A stretch of 64,000 nucleotides of DNA from Nemertoderma westbladi (GCA_032718475.1 JAUCBJ010001183.1:8773-72772); one strand, 5' to 3'. Shown: positions 11,401-26,630, numbered from the stretch's first letter. Notes: generated by a model from the letters alone, not told the origin. Made by a program: numbers and translations.

Positions 11401-13790
11401 AGTAAACAAAACTTAGAGTGCTATGTGAACCCGGTAGATGAGTAGTAGAGTAAACAAAACGCTATGTGAACCTGGTAGATGAGTAGTACAGTAAACAAAA
11501 CTTAGAGTGGTGTGTGAACCCGGTAGATGAGTAGTAGAGTAAACAAAACTTAGAGTGCTGTGTGAACCCGGTAGATGAGTAGTAGAGCAAACAAAACTTT
11601 GAGTGCTGTGTGAACCCGGTAGATGAATAGTAAAGTAAACAAAACGTAGAGTGCTGTGTGAACCCGGTAGATGAGTAGTAGAGTGCTGTGTGAACCCGGT
11701 AGATGAGCAGGAAAGTAAACAAAAGTTAGAGTGCTGTGTGAACCCGGTAGATGAGTAGTAGAGTGCTGTGTGAACCCGGTAGATGAGTAGTAGAGTAAAC
11801 AAAACTTAGAGTGCTGTGTGAACCCGGTAGATGAGTAGTAGAGTAAACAAAACTTAGAGTGCTATGTGAACCCGGTAGATGAGTAGTAGAGTAAACAAAA
11901 CTTTGAGTGCTGTGTGAACCCGGTAGATGAGTAGTAGAGTAAACAAAACTTAGAGTGCTGTGTGAACCCGGTAGATGAGTAGTAGAGTAAACAAAACTTA
12001 GAGTGCTGTGTGAACCCGGTAGAGGAGTAGTAGAGTAAACAATACTTAGAGTGCTGTGTGAACCCGGTAGCTGAGTAGTAGAGTAAACAAAACTTTGAGT
12101 GCTGTGTGAACCCGGTAGAGGAGTAGTAGAGTAAACAAAACTTAGAGTGCTGTGTGAACCCGGTAGAGGAGTAGTAGAGTAAACAAAACTTAGAGTGCTG
12201 TGTGAACCCGGTAGAGGAGTAGTAGAGTAAACAATACTTAGAGTGCTGTGTGAACCCGGTAGATGAGTAGTAGAGTGCTGTGTGAAGCCGGTAGATGAGT
12301 AGTAGAGTAAACAAAACTTTGAGTGCTGTGTGAACCCGGTAGATGAGTAGTAGAGTAAACAAAACTTAGAGTGCTGTGTGAACCCGGTAGATGAGTAGTA
12401 GAGTAAACAAAACTTAGAGTGCTGTGTGAACCCGGTAGATGAGTAGTAGAGTAAACAAAACTTAGAGTGCTGTGTGAACCCGGTAGAGGAGTAGTAGAGT
12501 AAACAATACTTAGAGTGCTGTGTGAACCCGGTAGCTGAGTAGTAGAGTAAACAAAACTTTGAGTGCTGTGTGAACCCGGTAGAGGAGTAGTAGAGTAAAC
12601 AAAACTTAGAGTGCTGTGTGAACCCGGTAGAGGAGTAGTAGAGTAAACAAAACTTGGAGTGCTGTGTGAACCCGGTAGAGGAGTAGTAGAGTAAACAAAA
12701 CTTAGAGTGCTGTGTGAACCCGGTAGATGAGTAGTAGAGTAAACAAAACTTAGAGTGCTGTGTGAACCCGGTAGATGAGTAGTAGAGTAAACAAAACTTA
12801 GAGTGCTGTGTGAACCCGGTAGAGGAGTAGTAGAGTAAACAAAACTTAGAGTGCTGTGTGAACCCGGTAGCTGAGTAGTAGAGTAAACAAAACTTTGAGT
12901 GCTGTGTGAACCCGGTAGAGGAGTAGTAGAGTAAACAAAACTTAGAGTGCTGTGTGAACCCGGTAGATGAGTAGTAGAGTAAACAAAACTTAGAGTGCTG
13001 TGTGAACCCGGTAGAGGAGTAGTAGAGTAAACAAAACTTAGAGTGCTGTGTGAACCCGGTAGATGAGTAGTAGAGTAAACAAAACTTAGAGTGCTGTGTG
13101 AACCCGGTAGAGGAGTAGTAGACTAAACAAAACTTAGAGTGCTGTGTGAACTCGGTAGAGGAGTAGTAGAGTAAACAAAACTTAGAGTGCTGTGTGAACC
13201 CGGTAGATGAGTAGTAGAGTAAACAAAACTTAGAGTGCTGTGTGAACCCGGTAGATGAGTAGTAGAATAAACAAAACTTTGAGTGCTGTGTGAACCCGGT
13301 AGATGAGTAGTAGAGTAAACAAAACTTAGAGTGCTGTGTGAACCCGGTAGATGAGTAGTAGAGTAAACAAAACGCTATGTGAACCTGGAAGATGAGTAGT
13401 AGAGTAAACAAAACTTAGAGTGGTGTGTGAACCCGGTAGATGAGTAGTAGAGTAAACAAAACTTAGAGTGCTGTGTGAACCCGGTAGATGAGTAGTAGAG
13501 TAAACAAAACTTAGAGTTCTGTGTGAACCCGGTAGATGAGTAGTAGAGTGCTGTGTGAACCCGGTAGATGAGTAGTAGAATAAACAAAACTTTGAGTGCT
13601 GTGTGAACCCGGTAGATGAGTAGTAGAGTAAACAAAACTTAGAGTGCTGTGTGAACCCGGTAGATGAGTAGTAGAGTAAACAAAACGCTATGTGAACCTG
13701 GAAGATGAGTAGTAGAGTAAACAAAACTTAGAGTGGTGTGTGAACCCAGTAGATGAGTAGTAGAGTAAACAAAACTTAGAGTGCTGTGTG
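8490..13790. repeat. Tandem 2651-bp higher-order duplication (2 near-identical copies)
   Basis: Rare variants pair at exactly 2651 bp: 8577/11228, 9636/12287 (GAAGCCGG), 10005/12656 (CTTGGAG), 10501/13152 (ACTCGG) and 11097/13748 (CCCAG). Boundaries approximate. Confidence 0.92.
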
Positions 13791-16700
13791 AACCCGGTAG
13801 AGGAGTAGTAGAGTAAACAAAACTTAGAGTGCAGTGTGAACCCGGTAGATGAGTAGTAGAATAAACAAAACTTTGAGTGCTGTGTGAACCCGGTAGATGA
13901 GTAGTAGAGTAAACAAAACTTAGAGTGCTGTGTGAACCCGGTAGATGAGTAGTACAGTAAACAAAACGCTATGTGAACCTGGAAGATGAGTAGTAGAGTA
14001 AACAAAACTTAGAGTGGTGTGTGAACCCGGTAGAGGAGTAGTAGAGTAAACAAAACTTAGAGTGCTGTGTGAACCCGGTAGATGAGTAGTAGAGTAAACA
14101 AAACTTAGAGTGCTGTGTGAACCCGGTAGAGGAGTAGTAGAGTAAACAAAACTTAGAGTGCTGTGTGAACCCGGTAGATGAGTAGTAGAGTAAACAAAAC
14201 TTAGAGTTCTGTGTGAACCCGGTAGATGAGTAGTAGAGTAAACAAAACTGTGAGTGCTGTGTGAACCCGGTAGATGAGTAGTAGAGTAAACAAAACTTAG
14301 AGTGCTGTGTGAACCCGGTAGATGAGTAGTAGAATAAACAAAACTTTGAGTGCTGTGTGAACCCGGTAGATGAGTAGTAGAGTAAACAAAACTTAGAGTG
14401 CTGTGTGAACCCGGTAGATGAGTAGTAGAGTAAACAAAACGCTATGTGAACCCGGTAGATGAGTAGTAGAGTAAACAAAACTTAGAGTGCTGTGTGAACC
14501 CGGTAGATGAGTAGTAGAGTAAACAAAACTTAGAGTTCTGTGTGAACCCGGTAGCTGAGTAGTACAGTAAACAAAACTTAGAGTGCTGTGTGAACCCGGT
14601 AGATGAGTAGTAGAGCAAACAAAACTTTTTTAGTGCTGTGTGAACCCGGTAGATGAATAGTAAAGTAAACAAAACTTAGAGTGCTGTGTGAACCCGGTAG
14701 ATGAGTAGTAGAGTAAACAAAACTTAGAGTGCTATGTGAACCCGGTAGATGAGTAGTAGAGTAAACAAAACGCTATGTGAACCTGGTAGATGAGTAGTAG
14801 AGTAAACAAAACTTAGAGTGGTGTGTGAACCCGGTAGATGAGTAGTAGAGTAAACAAAACTTAGAGTGCTGCGTGAACCCGGTAGATGAGTAGTAGAGCA
14901 AACAAAACTTTGAGTGCTGTGTGAACCCGGTAGATGAATAGTAAAGTAAACAAAACTTAGAGTGCTGTGTGAACCCGGTAGATGAGTAGTAGAGTAAACA
15001 AAACTTAGAGTGCTGTGTGAACCCGGTAGATGAGTAGTAGAGTAAACAAAACGTAGAGTGCTATGTGAACCCGGTAGATGAGTAGTAGAGTAAACAAAAC
15101 GCTATGTGAACCTGGTAGATGAGTAGTAGAGTAAACAAAGCTTAGAGTGCTGTGTGAACCCGGTAGATGAGTAGTAGAGTAAACAAAACTTAGAGTGCTG
15201 TGTGAACCCGGTAGATGAGTAGTAGAGTAAACAAAACTTTGAGTGCTATGTGAACCCGGTAGATGAGTAGTAGAGTAAACAAAACTTTGAGTGGTGTGTG
15301 AACCCGGTAGATGAGTAGTAGAGTAAACAAAACTTTGAGTGCTGTGTGAACCCGGTAGATGAGTAGTAGAGTAAACAAAACTTAGAGTGGTGTGTGAACC
15401 CGGTAGATGAGTAGTAGAGTAAACAAAACTTTGAGTGCTGTGTGAACCCGGTAGATGAGTAGTAGAGTAAACAAAACTTAGAGTGCTGTGTGAACCCGGT
15501 AGAGGAGTAGTAGAGTAAACAAAACTTTGAGTGCTGTGTGAACCCGGTAGATGAGTAGTAGAGTAAACAAAACTCTAGAGTGGTGTGTGAACCCGGTAGC
15601 TGAGTAGTAGAGTAAACAAAACGTAGAGTGCTGTGTGAACCCGGTAGCTGAGTAGTAGAGTAAACAAAACTTAGAGTGGTGTGTGAACCCGGTAGCTGAG
15701 TAGTAGAGTAAACAAAACTTAGAGTGGTGTGTGAACCCGGTAGCTGAGTAGTAGAGTAAACAAAACGTAGAGTGCTGTGTGAACCCGGTAGCTGAGTAGT
15801 AGAGTAAACAAAACGTAGAGTGCTGTGTGAACCCGGTAGATGAGTAGTAGAGTAAACAAAACTTTGAGTGCTGTGTGAACCCGGTAGCTGAGTAGTAGAG
15901 TAAACAAAACGTAGAGTGCTGTGTGAACCCGGTAGAGGAGTAGTAGAGTAAACAAAACTTAGAGTGCTGTGTGAACCCGGTAGCTGAGTAGTAGAGTAAA
16001 CAAAACTTTGAGTGCTGTGTGAACCCGGTAGAGGAGTAGTAGAGTAAACAAAACTTAGAGTGCTGTGTGAACCCGGTAGATGAGTAGTAGAGTAAACAAA
16101 ACTTTGAGTGCTGTGTGAACCCGGTAGATGAGTAGTAGAGTAAACAAAACTTAGAGTGCTGTGTGAACCCGGTAGAGGAGTAGTAGAGTAAACAAAACTT
16201 AGAGTGCTGTGTGAACCCGGTAGATGAGTAGTAGAGTAAACAAAACTTAGAGTGCTGTGTGAACCCGGTAGAGGAGTAGTAGACTAAACAAAACTTAGAG
16301 TGCTGTGTGAACTCGGTAGAGGAGTAGTAGAGTAAACAAAACTTAGAGTGCTGTGTGAACCCGGTAGATGAGTAGTAGAGTAAACAAAACTTAGAGTGCT
16401 GTATGAACCCGGTAGATGAGTAGTAGAATAAACAAAACTTTGAGTGCTGTGTGAACCCGGTAGATGAGTAGTAGAGTAAACAAAACTTAGAGTGCTGTGT
16501 GAACCCGGTAGATGAGTAGTAGAGTAAACAAAACGCTATGTGAACCTGGAAGATGAGTAGTAGAGTAAACAAAACTTAGAGTGGTGTGTGAACCCGGTAG
16601 ATGAGTAGTAGAGTAAACAAAACTTAGAGTGCTGTGTGAACCCGGTAGATGAGTAGTAGAGTAAACAAAACTTAGAGTTCTGTGTGAACCCGGTAGATGA

Positions 16701-19700
16701 GTAGTAGAGTGCTGTGTGAACCCGGTAGATGAGTAGTAGAATAAACAAAACTTTGAGTGCTGTGTGAACCCGGTAGATGAGTAGTAGAGTAAACAAAACT
16801 TAGAGTGCTGTGTGAACCCGGTAGATGAGTAGTAGAGTAAACAAAACGCTATGTGAACCTGGAAGATGAGTAGTAGAGTAAACAAAACTTAGAGTGGTGT
16901 GTGAACCCGGTAGATGAGTAGTAGAGTAAACAAAACTTAGAGTGCTGTGTGAACCCGGTAGAGGAGTAGTAGAGTAAACAAAACTTAGAGTGCTGTGTGA
17001 ACCCGGTAGATGAGTAGTAGAATAAACAAAACTTTGAGTGCTGTGTGAACCCGGTAGATGAGTAGTAGAGTAAACAAAACTTAGAGTGCTGTGTGAACCC
17101 GGTAGATGAGTAGTAGAGTAAACAAAACGCTATGTGAACCTGGAAGATGAGTAGTAGAGTAAACAAAACTTAGAGTGGTGTGTGAACCCGGTAGAGGAGT
17201 AGTAGAGTAAACAAAACTTAGAGTGCTGTGTGAACCCGGTAGATGAGTAGTAGAGTAAACAAAACTTAGAGTGCTGTGTGAACCCGGTAGAGGAGTAGTA
17301 GAGTAAACAAAACTTAGAGTGCTGTGTGAACCCGGTAGATGAGTAGTAGAGTAAACAAAACTTAGAGTTCTGTGTGAACCCGGTAGATGAGTAGTAGAGT
17401 AAACAAAACTGTGAGTGCTGTGTGAACCCGGTAGATGAATAGTAGAGTAAACAAAACTTAGAGTGCTGTGTGAACCCGGTAGATGAGTAGTAGAATAAAC
17501 AAAACTTTGAGTGCTGTGTGAACCCGGTAGATGAGTAGTAGAGTAAACAAAACTTAGAGTGCTGTGTGAACCCGGTAGATGAGTAGTAGAGTAAACAAAA
17601 CTTAGAGTGCTGTGTGAACCCGGTAGATGAGTAGTAGAGTAAACAAAACTTAGAGTGGTGTGTGAACCCGGTAGCTGAGTAGTAGAGTAAACAAAACGTA
17701 GAGTGCTGTGTGAACCCGGTAGCTGAGTAGTAGAGTAAACAAAACTTAGAGTGGTGTGTGAACCCGGTAGCTGAGTAGTAGAATAAACAAAACTTAGAGT
17801 GGTGTGTGAACCCGGTAGCTGAGTAGTAGAGTAAACAAAACGTAGAGTGCTGTGTGAACCCGGTGGCTGAGTAGTAGAGTAAACAAAACGTAGAGTGCTG
17901 TGTGAACCTGGTAGATGAGTAGTAGAGTAAACAAAACTTTGAGTGCTGTGTGAACCCGGTAGCTGAGTAGTAGAGTAAACAAAACATAGAGTGCTGTGTG
18001 AACCCGGTAGCTGAGTAGTAGAGTAAACAAAACGTAGAGTGCTGTGTGAACCCGGTAGATGAGTAATAGAGTAAACAAAACGTAGAGTGCTGTGTGAACC
18101 CGGTAGATGAGTAGTAGAGTAAACAAAACTTAGAGTGCTGTGTGAACCCGGTAGATGAGTAGTAGAGTAAACAAAACTTAGAGTGCTGAGTGAACCCGGT
18201 AGATGAGTAGTAGAGTAAACAAAACTTAGAGTTCTGTGTGAACCCGGTAGATGAGTAGTAGAGTAAACAAAACTTTGAGTGCTGTGTGAACCCGGTAGCT
18301 GAGTAGTAGAGTAAACAAAACTTAGAGTGCTGTGTGAACCTGGTAGATGAGTAGTAGAGTAAACAAAACTTAGAGTGCTGTGTGAACCCGGTAGAGGAGT
18401 AGTAGAGTAAACAAAACTTAGAGTGCTGTGTGAACCCGGTAGATGAGTAGTAGAGTGCTGTGTGAACCTGGTAGCTGAGTAGTAGAGTAAACAAAACTTT
18501 GAGTGCTGTGTGAACCCGGTAGATGAGTAGTAGAGTAAACAAAACTTAGAGTGCTGTGTGAACCCGGTAGATGAGTAGTAGAGTAAACAAAACTTAGAGT
18601 TCTGTGTGAACCCGGTAGATGAGTAGTAGAGTAAACAAAACTTTGAGTGCTGTGTGAACCCGGTAGCTGAGTAGTAGAGTAAACAAAACTTAGAGTGCTG
18701 TGTGAACCTGGTAGATGAGTAGTAGAGTAAACAAAACTTAGAGTGCTGTGTGAACCCGGTAGAGGAGTAGTAGAGTAAACAAAACTTAGAGTGCTGTGTG
18801 AACTCGGTAGATGAGTAGTAGAGTGCTGTGTGAACCTGGTAGCTGAGTAGTAGAGTAAACAAAACTTTGAGTGCTGTGTGAACCCGGTAGATGAGTAGTA
18901 GAGTAAAAAAAACGTAGGCTGTGTGAACCCGGTAGAGGAGTTAGTAGAGTAAACAAAACTTAGAGTGCTGTGTGAACCCGGTGAATGAGTAGTAGAGTAA
19001 ACAAAACTTAGAGTGCTGTGTGAACCCGGTAGATGAGTAGTAGTGTAAACAAAACTTTGAGTGCTGTGTGAACCCGGTAGATGAGTAGTAGAGTAAACAA
19101 AACGTAGGCTGTGTGAACCCGGTAGAGGAGTAGTAGAGTAAACAAAACTTAGAGTGCTGTGTGAACCCGGTAGATGAGTAGTAGAGTAAACAAAACTTAG
19201 AGTGCTGTGTGAACCCGGTAGATGAGTAGTAGAGTAAACAAAACTTAGAGTGCTGTGTGAACCCGGTAGATGAGTAGTAGAGTAAACAAAACGTAGGCTG
19301 TGTGAACCCGGTAGAGGAGTAGTAGAGTAAACAAAACTTAGAGTGCTGTGTGAACCCGGTAGATGAGTAGTAGAGTAAACAAAACTTAGAGTGCTGTGTG
19401 AACCCGGTAGATGAGTAGTAGAGTAAACAAAACTTAGAGTGCTGTGTGAACCCGGTAGAGGAGTAGTAGAGTAAACAAAACTTAGAGTGCTGTGTGAACC
19501 CGGTAGATGAGTAGTAGAGTAAACAAAACTTAGAGTGCTGTGTGAACCCGGTAGATGAGTAGTAGAGTAAACAAAACTTAGAGTGCTGTGTGAACCCGGT
19601 AGATGAGTAGTAGTGTAAACAAAACTTTGAGTGCTGTGTGAACCCGGTAGATGAGTAGTAGAGTAAACAAAACGTAGGCTGTGTGAACCCGGTAGATGAG

Positions 19701-20029
19701 TAGTAGAGTAAACAAAACTTAGAGTGCTGTGTGAACCCGGTAGATGAGTAGTAGAGTAAACAAAACTTAGAGTTCTGTGTGAACCCGGTAGATGAGTAGT
19801 AGAGTAAACAAAAGTTTGAGTGCTGTGTGAACCCGGTAGCTGAGTAGTAGAGTAAACAAAACTTAGAGTGCTGTGTGAACCTGGTAGATGAGTAGTAGAG
19901 TAAACAAAACTTAGAGTGCAGTGTGAACCCGGTAGATGAGTAGTAGAGTTTACAAAACTCTAGAGTGGTGTGTGAACCCGGTAGCTGAGTAGTAGAGTAA
20001 ACAAAACGTAGAGTGCTGTGTGAACCCGG

Positions 20030-23000
20030 TAGCTGAGTAGTAGAGTAAACAAAACTTAGAGTGGTGTGTGAACCCGGTAGCTGAGTAGTAGAGTAAACAA
20101 AACTTAGAGTGGTGTGTGAACCCGGTAGCTGAGTAGTAGAGTAAACAAAACGTAGAGTGCTGTGTGAACCCGGTGGCTGAGTAGTAGAGTAAACAAAACT
20201 TAGAGTGCTGTGTGAACCCGGTAGATGAGTAGTAGAGCAAACAAAACTTTGAGTGCTGTGTGAACCCGGTAGATGAATAGTAAAGTAAACAAAACTTAGA
20301 GTGCTGTGTGAACCCGGTAGCTGAGTAGTAGAGTAAACAAAACTTAGAGTGCTGTGTGAACCCGGTAGATGAGTAGTAGAGTAAACAAAACGTAGAGTGC
20401 TGTGTGAACCCAGTAGATGAGTAGTAGAGTAAACAAAACGTAGGCTGTGTGAACCCGGTAGAGGAGTAGTAGAGTAAACACAACTTAGAGTGCTGTGTGA
20501 ACCCGGTAGATGAGTAGTAGAGTAAACAAAACTTAGAGTGCTGTGTGAACCCGGTAGATGAGTAGTAGAGTAAACAAAACTTAGAGTGCTGTGTGAACCC
20601 GGTAGATGAGTAGTAGAGTAAACAAAACGTAGGCTGTGTGAACCCGGTAGAGGAGTAGTAGAGTAAACAAAACTTAGAGTGCTGTGTGAACCCGGTAGAT
20701 GAGTAGTAGAGTAAACAAAACTTAGAGTGCTGTGTGAACCCGGTAGATGAGTAGTAGAGTAAACAAAACTTAGAGTGCTGTGTGAACCCGGTAGAGGAGT
20801 AGTAGAGTAAACAAAACTTAGAGTGCTGTGTGAACCCGGTAGATGAGTAGTAGAGTAAACAAAACTTAGAGTGCTGTGTGAACCCGGTAGATGAGTAGTA
20901 GAGTAAACAAAACTTAGAGTGCTGTGTGAACCCGGTAGATGAGTAGTAGTGTAAACAAAACTTTGAGTGCTGTGTGAACCCGGTAGATGAGTAGTAGAGT
21001 AAACAAAACGTAGGCTGTGTGAACCCGGTAGATGAATAGTAAAGTAAACAAAACTTAGAGTGCTGTGTGAACCCGGTAGATGAGTAGTAGAGTAAACAAA
21101 ACTTAGAGTGCTATGTGAACCCGGTAGATGAGTAGTAGAGTAAACAAAACTTAGAGTGCTGTGTGAACCCGGTAGATGAGTAGTAGAGTAAACAAAACTT
21201 AGAGTTCTGTGTGAACCCGGTAGATGAGTAGTAGAGTAAACACAACTTTGAGTGCTGTGTGAACCCGGTAGATGAGTAGTAGAGTAAACACAACTTTGAG
21301 TGCTGTGTGAACCCGGTAGATGAGTAGTAGAGTAAACAAAACTTAGAGTGCTATGTGAACCCGGTAGATGAGTAGTAGAGTAAACAAAACTTAGAGTGCT
21401 GTGTGAACCCGGTAGATGAGTAGTAGAGTAAACAAAACTTAGAGTGCTGTGTGAACCCGGTAGATGAGTAGTAGAGTAAACAAAACTTCGAGTGCTGTGT
21501 GAACCCGGTAGATGAGTAGTAGAGTAAACAAAACGTAGGCTGTGTGAACCCGGTAGCTGAGTAGTAGAGTAAACAAAACTTAGAGTGCTGTGTGAACCCG
21601 GTAGATGAGTAGTAGAGTAAACAAAACTTAGAGTGCTGTGTGAACCCGGTAGAGGAGTAGTAGAGTAAACAAAACTTAGAGTGCTGTGTGAACCCGGTAG
21701 ATGAGTAGTAGAGTAAACAAAACTTAGAGTGCTGTGTGAACCCGGTAGATGAGTAGTAGAGTAAACAAAACTGTGAGTGCTGTGTGAACCCGGTAGATGA
21801 GTAGTAGAGTAAACAAAACTTAGAGTGCTGTGTGAAACCGGTAGATGAGTAGTAGAATAAACAAAACTTTGAGTGCTGTGTGAACCCGGTAGATGAGTAG
21901 TAGAGTAAACAAAACTTAGAGTGCTGTGTGAACCCGGTAGATGAGTAGTAGAGTAAACAAAACGCTATGTGAACCCGGTAGATGAGTAGTAGAGTAAACA
22001 AAACTTAGAGTGCTGTGTGAACCCGGTAGATGAGTAGTAGAGTAAACAAAACTTAGAGTTCTGTGTGAACCCGGTAGCTGAGTAGTACAGTAAACAAAAC
22101 TTAGAGTGCTGTGTGAACCCGGTAGATGAGTAGTAGAGCAAACAAAACTTTGAGTGCTGTGTGAACCCGGTAGATGAATAGTAAAGTAAACAAAACTTAG
22201 AGTGCTGTGTGAACCCGGTAGATGAGTAGTAGAGTAAACAAAACTTAGAGTGCTATGTGAACCCGGTAGCTGAGTAGTAGAGTAAACAAAACTTAGAGTG
22301 GTGTGTGAACCCGGTAGCTGAGTAGTAGAGTAAACAAAACTTAGAGTGGTGTGTGAACCCGGTAGCTGAGTAGTAGAGTAAACAAAACGTAGAGTGCTGT
22401 GTGAACCCGGTGGCTGAGTAGTAGAGTAAACAAAACTTAGAGTGCTGTGTGAACCCGGTAGATGAGTAGTAGAGCAAACAAAACTTTGAGTGCTGTGTGA
22501 ACCCGGTAGATGAATAGTAAAGTAAACAAAACTTAGAGTGCTGTGTGAACCCGGTAGCTGAGTAGTAGAGTAAACAAAACTTAGAGTGCTGTGTGAACCC
22601 GGTAGATGAGTAGTAGAGTAAACAAAACGTAGAGTGCTGTGTGAACCCAGTAGATGAGTAGTAGAGTAAACAAAACGTAGGCTGTGTGAACCCGGTAGAG
22701 GAGTAGTAGAGTAAACACAACTTAGAGTGCTGTGTGAACCCGGTAGATGAGTAGTAGAGTAAACAAAACTTAGAGTGCTGTGTGAACCCGGTAGATGAGT
22801 AGTAGAGTAAACAAAACTTAGAGTGCTGTGTGAACCCGGTAGATGAGTAGTAGAGTAAACAAAACGTAGGCTGTGTGAACCCGGTAGAGGAGTAGTAGAG
22901 TAAACAAAACTTAGAGTGCTGTGTGAACCCGGTAGATGAGTAGTAGAGTAAACAAAACTTAGAGTGCTGTGTGAACCCGGTAGATGAGTAGTAGAGTAAA

Positions 23001-26000
23001 CAAAACTTAGAGTGCTGTGTGAACCCGGTAGATGAGTAGTAGAGTAAACAAAACTTAGAGTGCTGTGTGAACCCGGTAGATGAGTAGTAGTGTAAACAAA
23101 ACTTTGAGTGCTGTGTGAACCCGGTAGATGAGTAGTAGAGTAAACAAAACGTAGGCTGTGTGAACCCGGTAGATGAATAGTAAAGTAAACAAAACTTAGA
23201 GTGCTGTGTGAACCCGGTAGATGAGTAGTAGAGTAAACAAAACTTAGAGTGCTATGTGAACCCGGTAGATGAGTAGTAGAGTAAACAAAACTTAGAGTGC
23301 TGTGTGAACCCGGTAGATGAGTAGTAGAGTAAACAAAACTTAGAGTTCTGTGTGAACCCGGTAGATGAGTAGTAGAGTAAACACAACTTTGAGTGCTGTG
23401 TGAACCCGGTAGATGAGTAGTAGAGTAAACACAACTTTGAGTGCTGTGTGAACCCGGTAGATGAGTAGTAGAGTAAACAAAACTTAGAGTGCTATGTGAA
23501 CCCGGTAGATGAGTAGTAGAGTAAACAAAACTTAGAGTGCTGTGTGAACCCGGTAGATGAGTAGTAGAGTAAACAAAACTTAGAGTGCTGTGTGAACCCG
23601 GTAGATGAGTAGTAGAGTAAACAAAACTTCGAGTGCTGTGTGAACCCGGTAGATGAGTAGTAGAGTAAACAAAACGTAGGCTGTGTGAACCCGGTAGCTG
23701 AGTAGTAGAGTAAACAAAACTTAGAGTGCTGTGTGAACCCGGTAGATGAGTAGTAGAGTAAACAAAACTTAGAGTGCTGTGTGAACCCGGTAGAGGAGTA
23801 GTAGAGTAAACAAAACTTAGAGTGCTGTGTGAACCCGGTAGATGAGTAGTAGAGTAAACAAAACTTAGAGTGCTGTGTGAACCCGGTAGATGAGTAGTAG
23901 AGTAAACAAAACTGTGAGTGCTGTGTGAACCCGGTAGATGAGTAGTAGAGTAAACAAAACTTAGAGTGCTGTGTGAAACCGGTAGATGAGTAGTAGAATA
24001 AACAAAACTTTGAGTGCTGTGTGAACCCGGTAGATGAGTAGTAGAGTAAACAAAACTTAGAGTGCTGTGTGAACCCGGTAGATGAGTAGTAGAGTAAACA
24101 AAACGCTATGTGAACCCGGTAGATGAGTAGTAGAGTAAACAAAACTTAGAGTGCTGTGTGAACCCGGTAGATGAGTAGTAGAGTAAACAAAACTTAGAGT
24201 TCTGTGTGAACCCGGTAGCTGAGTAGTACAGTAAACAAAACTTAGAGTGCTGTGTGAACCCGGTAGATGAGTAGTAGAGCAAACAAAACTTTGAGTGCTG
24301 TGTGAACCCGGTAGATGAATAGTAAAGTAAACAAAACTTAGAGTGCTGTGTGAACCCGGTAGATGAGTAGTAGAGTAAACAAAACTTAGAGTGCTATGTG
24401 AACCCGGTAGCTGAGTAGTAGAGTAAACAAAACTTAGAGTGGTGTGTGAACCCGGTAGCTGAGTAGTAGAGTAAACAAAACTTAGAGTGGTGTGTGAACC
24501 CGGTAGCTGAGTAGTAGAGTAAACAAAACGTAGAGTGCTGTGTGAACCCGGTGGCTGAGTAGTAGAGTAAACAAAACTTAGAGTGCTGTGTGAACCCGGT
24601 AGATGAGTAGTAGAGCAAACAAAACTTTGAGTGCTGTGTGAACCCGGTAGATGAATAGTAAAGTAAACAAAACTTAGAGTGCTGTGTGAACCCGGTAGCT
24701 GAGTAGTAGAGTAAACAAAACTTAGAGTGCTGTGTGAACCCGGTAGATGAGTAGTAGAGTAAACAAAACGTAGAGTGCTGTGTGAACCCAGTAGATGAGT
24801 AGTAGAGTAAACAAAACGTAGGCTGTGTGAACCCGGTAGAGGAGTAGTAGAGTAAACACAACTTAGAGTGCTGTGTGAACCCGGTAGATGAGTAGTAGAG
24901 TAAACAAAACTTAGAGTGCTGTGTGAACCCGGTAGATGAGTAGTAGAGTAAACAAAACTTAGAGTGCTGTGTGAACCCGGTAGATGAGTAGTAGAGTAAA
25001 CAAAACGTAGGCTGTGTGAACCCGGTAGAGGAGTAGTAGAGTAAACAAAACTTAGAGTGCTGTGTGAACCCGGTAGATGAGTAGTAGAGTAAACAAAACT
25101 TAGAGTGCTGTGTGAACCCGGTAGATGAGTAGTAGAGTAAACAAAACTTAGAGTGCTGTGTGAACCCGGTAGAGGAGTAGTAGAGTAAACAAAACTTAGA
25201 GTGCTGTGTGAACCCGGTAGATGAGTAGTAGAGTAAACAAAACTTAGAGTGCTGTGTGAACCCGGTAGATGAGTAGTAGAGTAAACAAAACTTAGAGTGC
25301 TGTGTGAACCCGGTAGATGAGTAGTAGTGTAAACAAAACTTTGAGTGCTGTGTGAACCCGGTAGATGAGTAGTAGAGTAAACAAAACGTAGGCTGTGTGA
25401 ACCCGGTAGATGAATAGTAAAGTAAACAAAACTTAGAGTGCTGTGTGAACCCGGTAGATGAGTAGTAGAGTAAACAAAACTTAGAGTGCTATGTGAACCC
25501 GGTAGATGAGTAGTAGAGTAAACAAAACTTAGAGTGCTGTGTGAACCCGGTAGATGAGTAGTAGAGTAAACAAAACTTAGAGTTCTGTGTGAACCCGGTA
25601 GATGAGTAGTAGAGTAAACACAACTTTGAGTGCTGTGTGAACCCGGTAGATGAGTAGTAGAGTAAACACAACTTTGAGTGCTGTGTGAACCCGGTAGATG
25701 AGTAGTAGAGTAAACAAAACTTAGAGTGCTATGTGAACCCGGTAGATGAGTAGTAGAGTAAACAAAACTTAGAGTGCTGTGTGAACCCGGTAGATGAGTA
25801 GTAGAGTAAACAAAACTTAGAGTGCTGTGTGAACCCGGTAGATGAGTAGTAGAGTAAACAAAACTTAGAGTGCTGTGTGAACCCGGTAGATGAGTAGTAG
25901 AGTAAACAAAACGTAGGCTGTGTGAACCCGGTAGCTGAGTAGTAGAGTAAACAAAACTTAGAGTGCTGTGTGAACCCGGTAGATGAGTAGTAGAGTAAAC

Positions 26001-26630
26001 AAAACTTAGAGTGCTGTGTGAACCCGGTAGAGGAGTAGTAGAGTAAACAAAACTTAGAGTGCTGTGTGAACCCGGTAGATGAGTAGTAGAGTAAACAAAA
26101 CTTAGAGTGCTGTGTGAACCCGGTAGATGAGTAGTAGAGTAAACAAAACTGTGAGTGCTGTGTGAACCCGGTAGATGAGTAGTAGAGTAAACAAAACTTA
26201 GAGTGCTGTGTGAAACCGGTAGATGAGTAGTAGAATAAACAAAACTTTGAGTGCTGTGTGAACCCGGTAGATGAGTAGTAGAGTAAACAAAACTTAGAGT
26301 GCTGTGTGAACCCGGTAGATGAGTAGTAGAGTAAACAAAACGCTATGTGAACCCGGTAGATGAGTAGTAGAGTAAACAAAACTTAGAGTGCTGTGTGAAC
26401 CCGGTAGATGAGTAGTAGAGTAAACAAAACTTAGAGTTCTGTGTGAACCCGGTAGCTGAGTAGTACAGTAAACAAAACTTAGAGTGCTGTGTGAACCCGG
26501 TAGATGAGTAGTAGAGCAAACAAAACTTTGAGTGCTGTGTGAACCCGGTAGATGAATAGTAAAGTAAACAAAACTTAGAGTGCTGTGTGAACCCGGTAGA
26601 TGAGTAGTAGAGTAAACAAAACTTAGAGTG
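20030..26630. repeat. Three tandem copies of a ~2.2-kb higher-order repeat (2237/2141 bp)
   Basis: GGTGGCTG near 20173/22410/24551, GAAACCGG near 21835/23976/26213, and CTTCGAG at 21489/23630. Identical ORF-track peptides lie at 2141/2237 offsets. The 96-bp difference equals two monomers. Boundaries approximate. Confidence 0.9.
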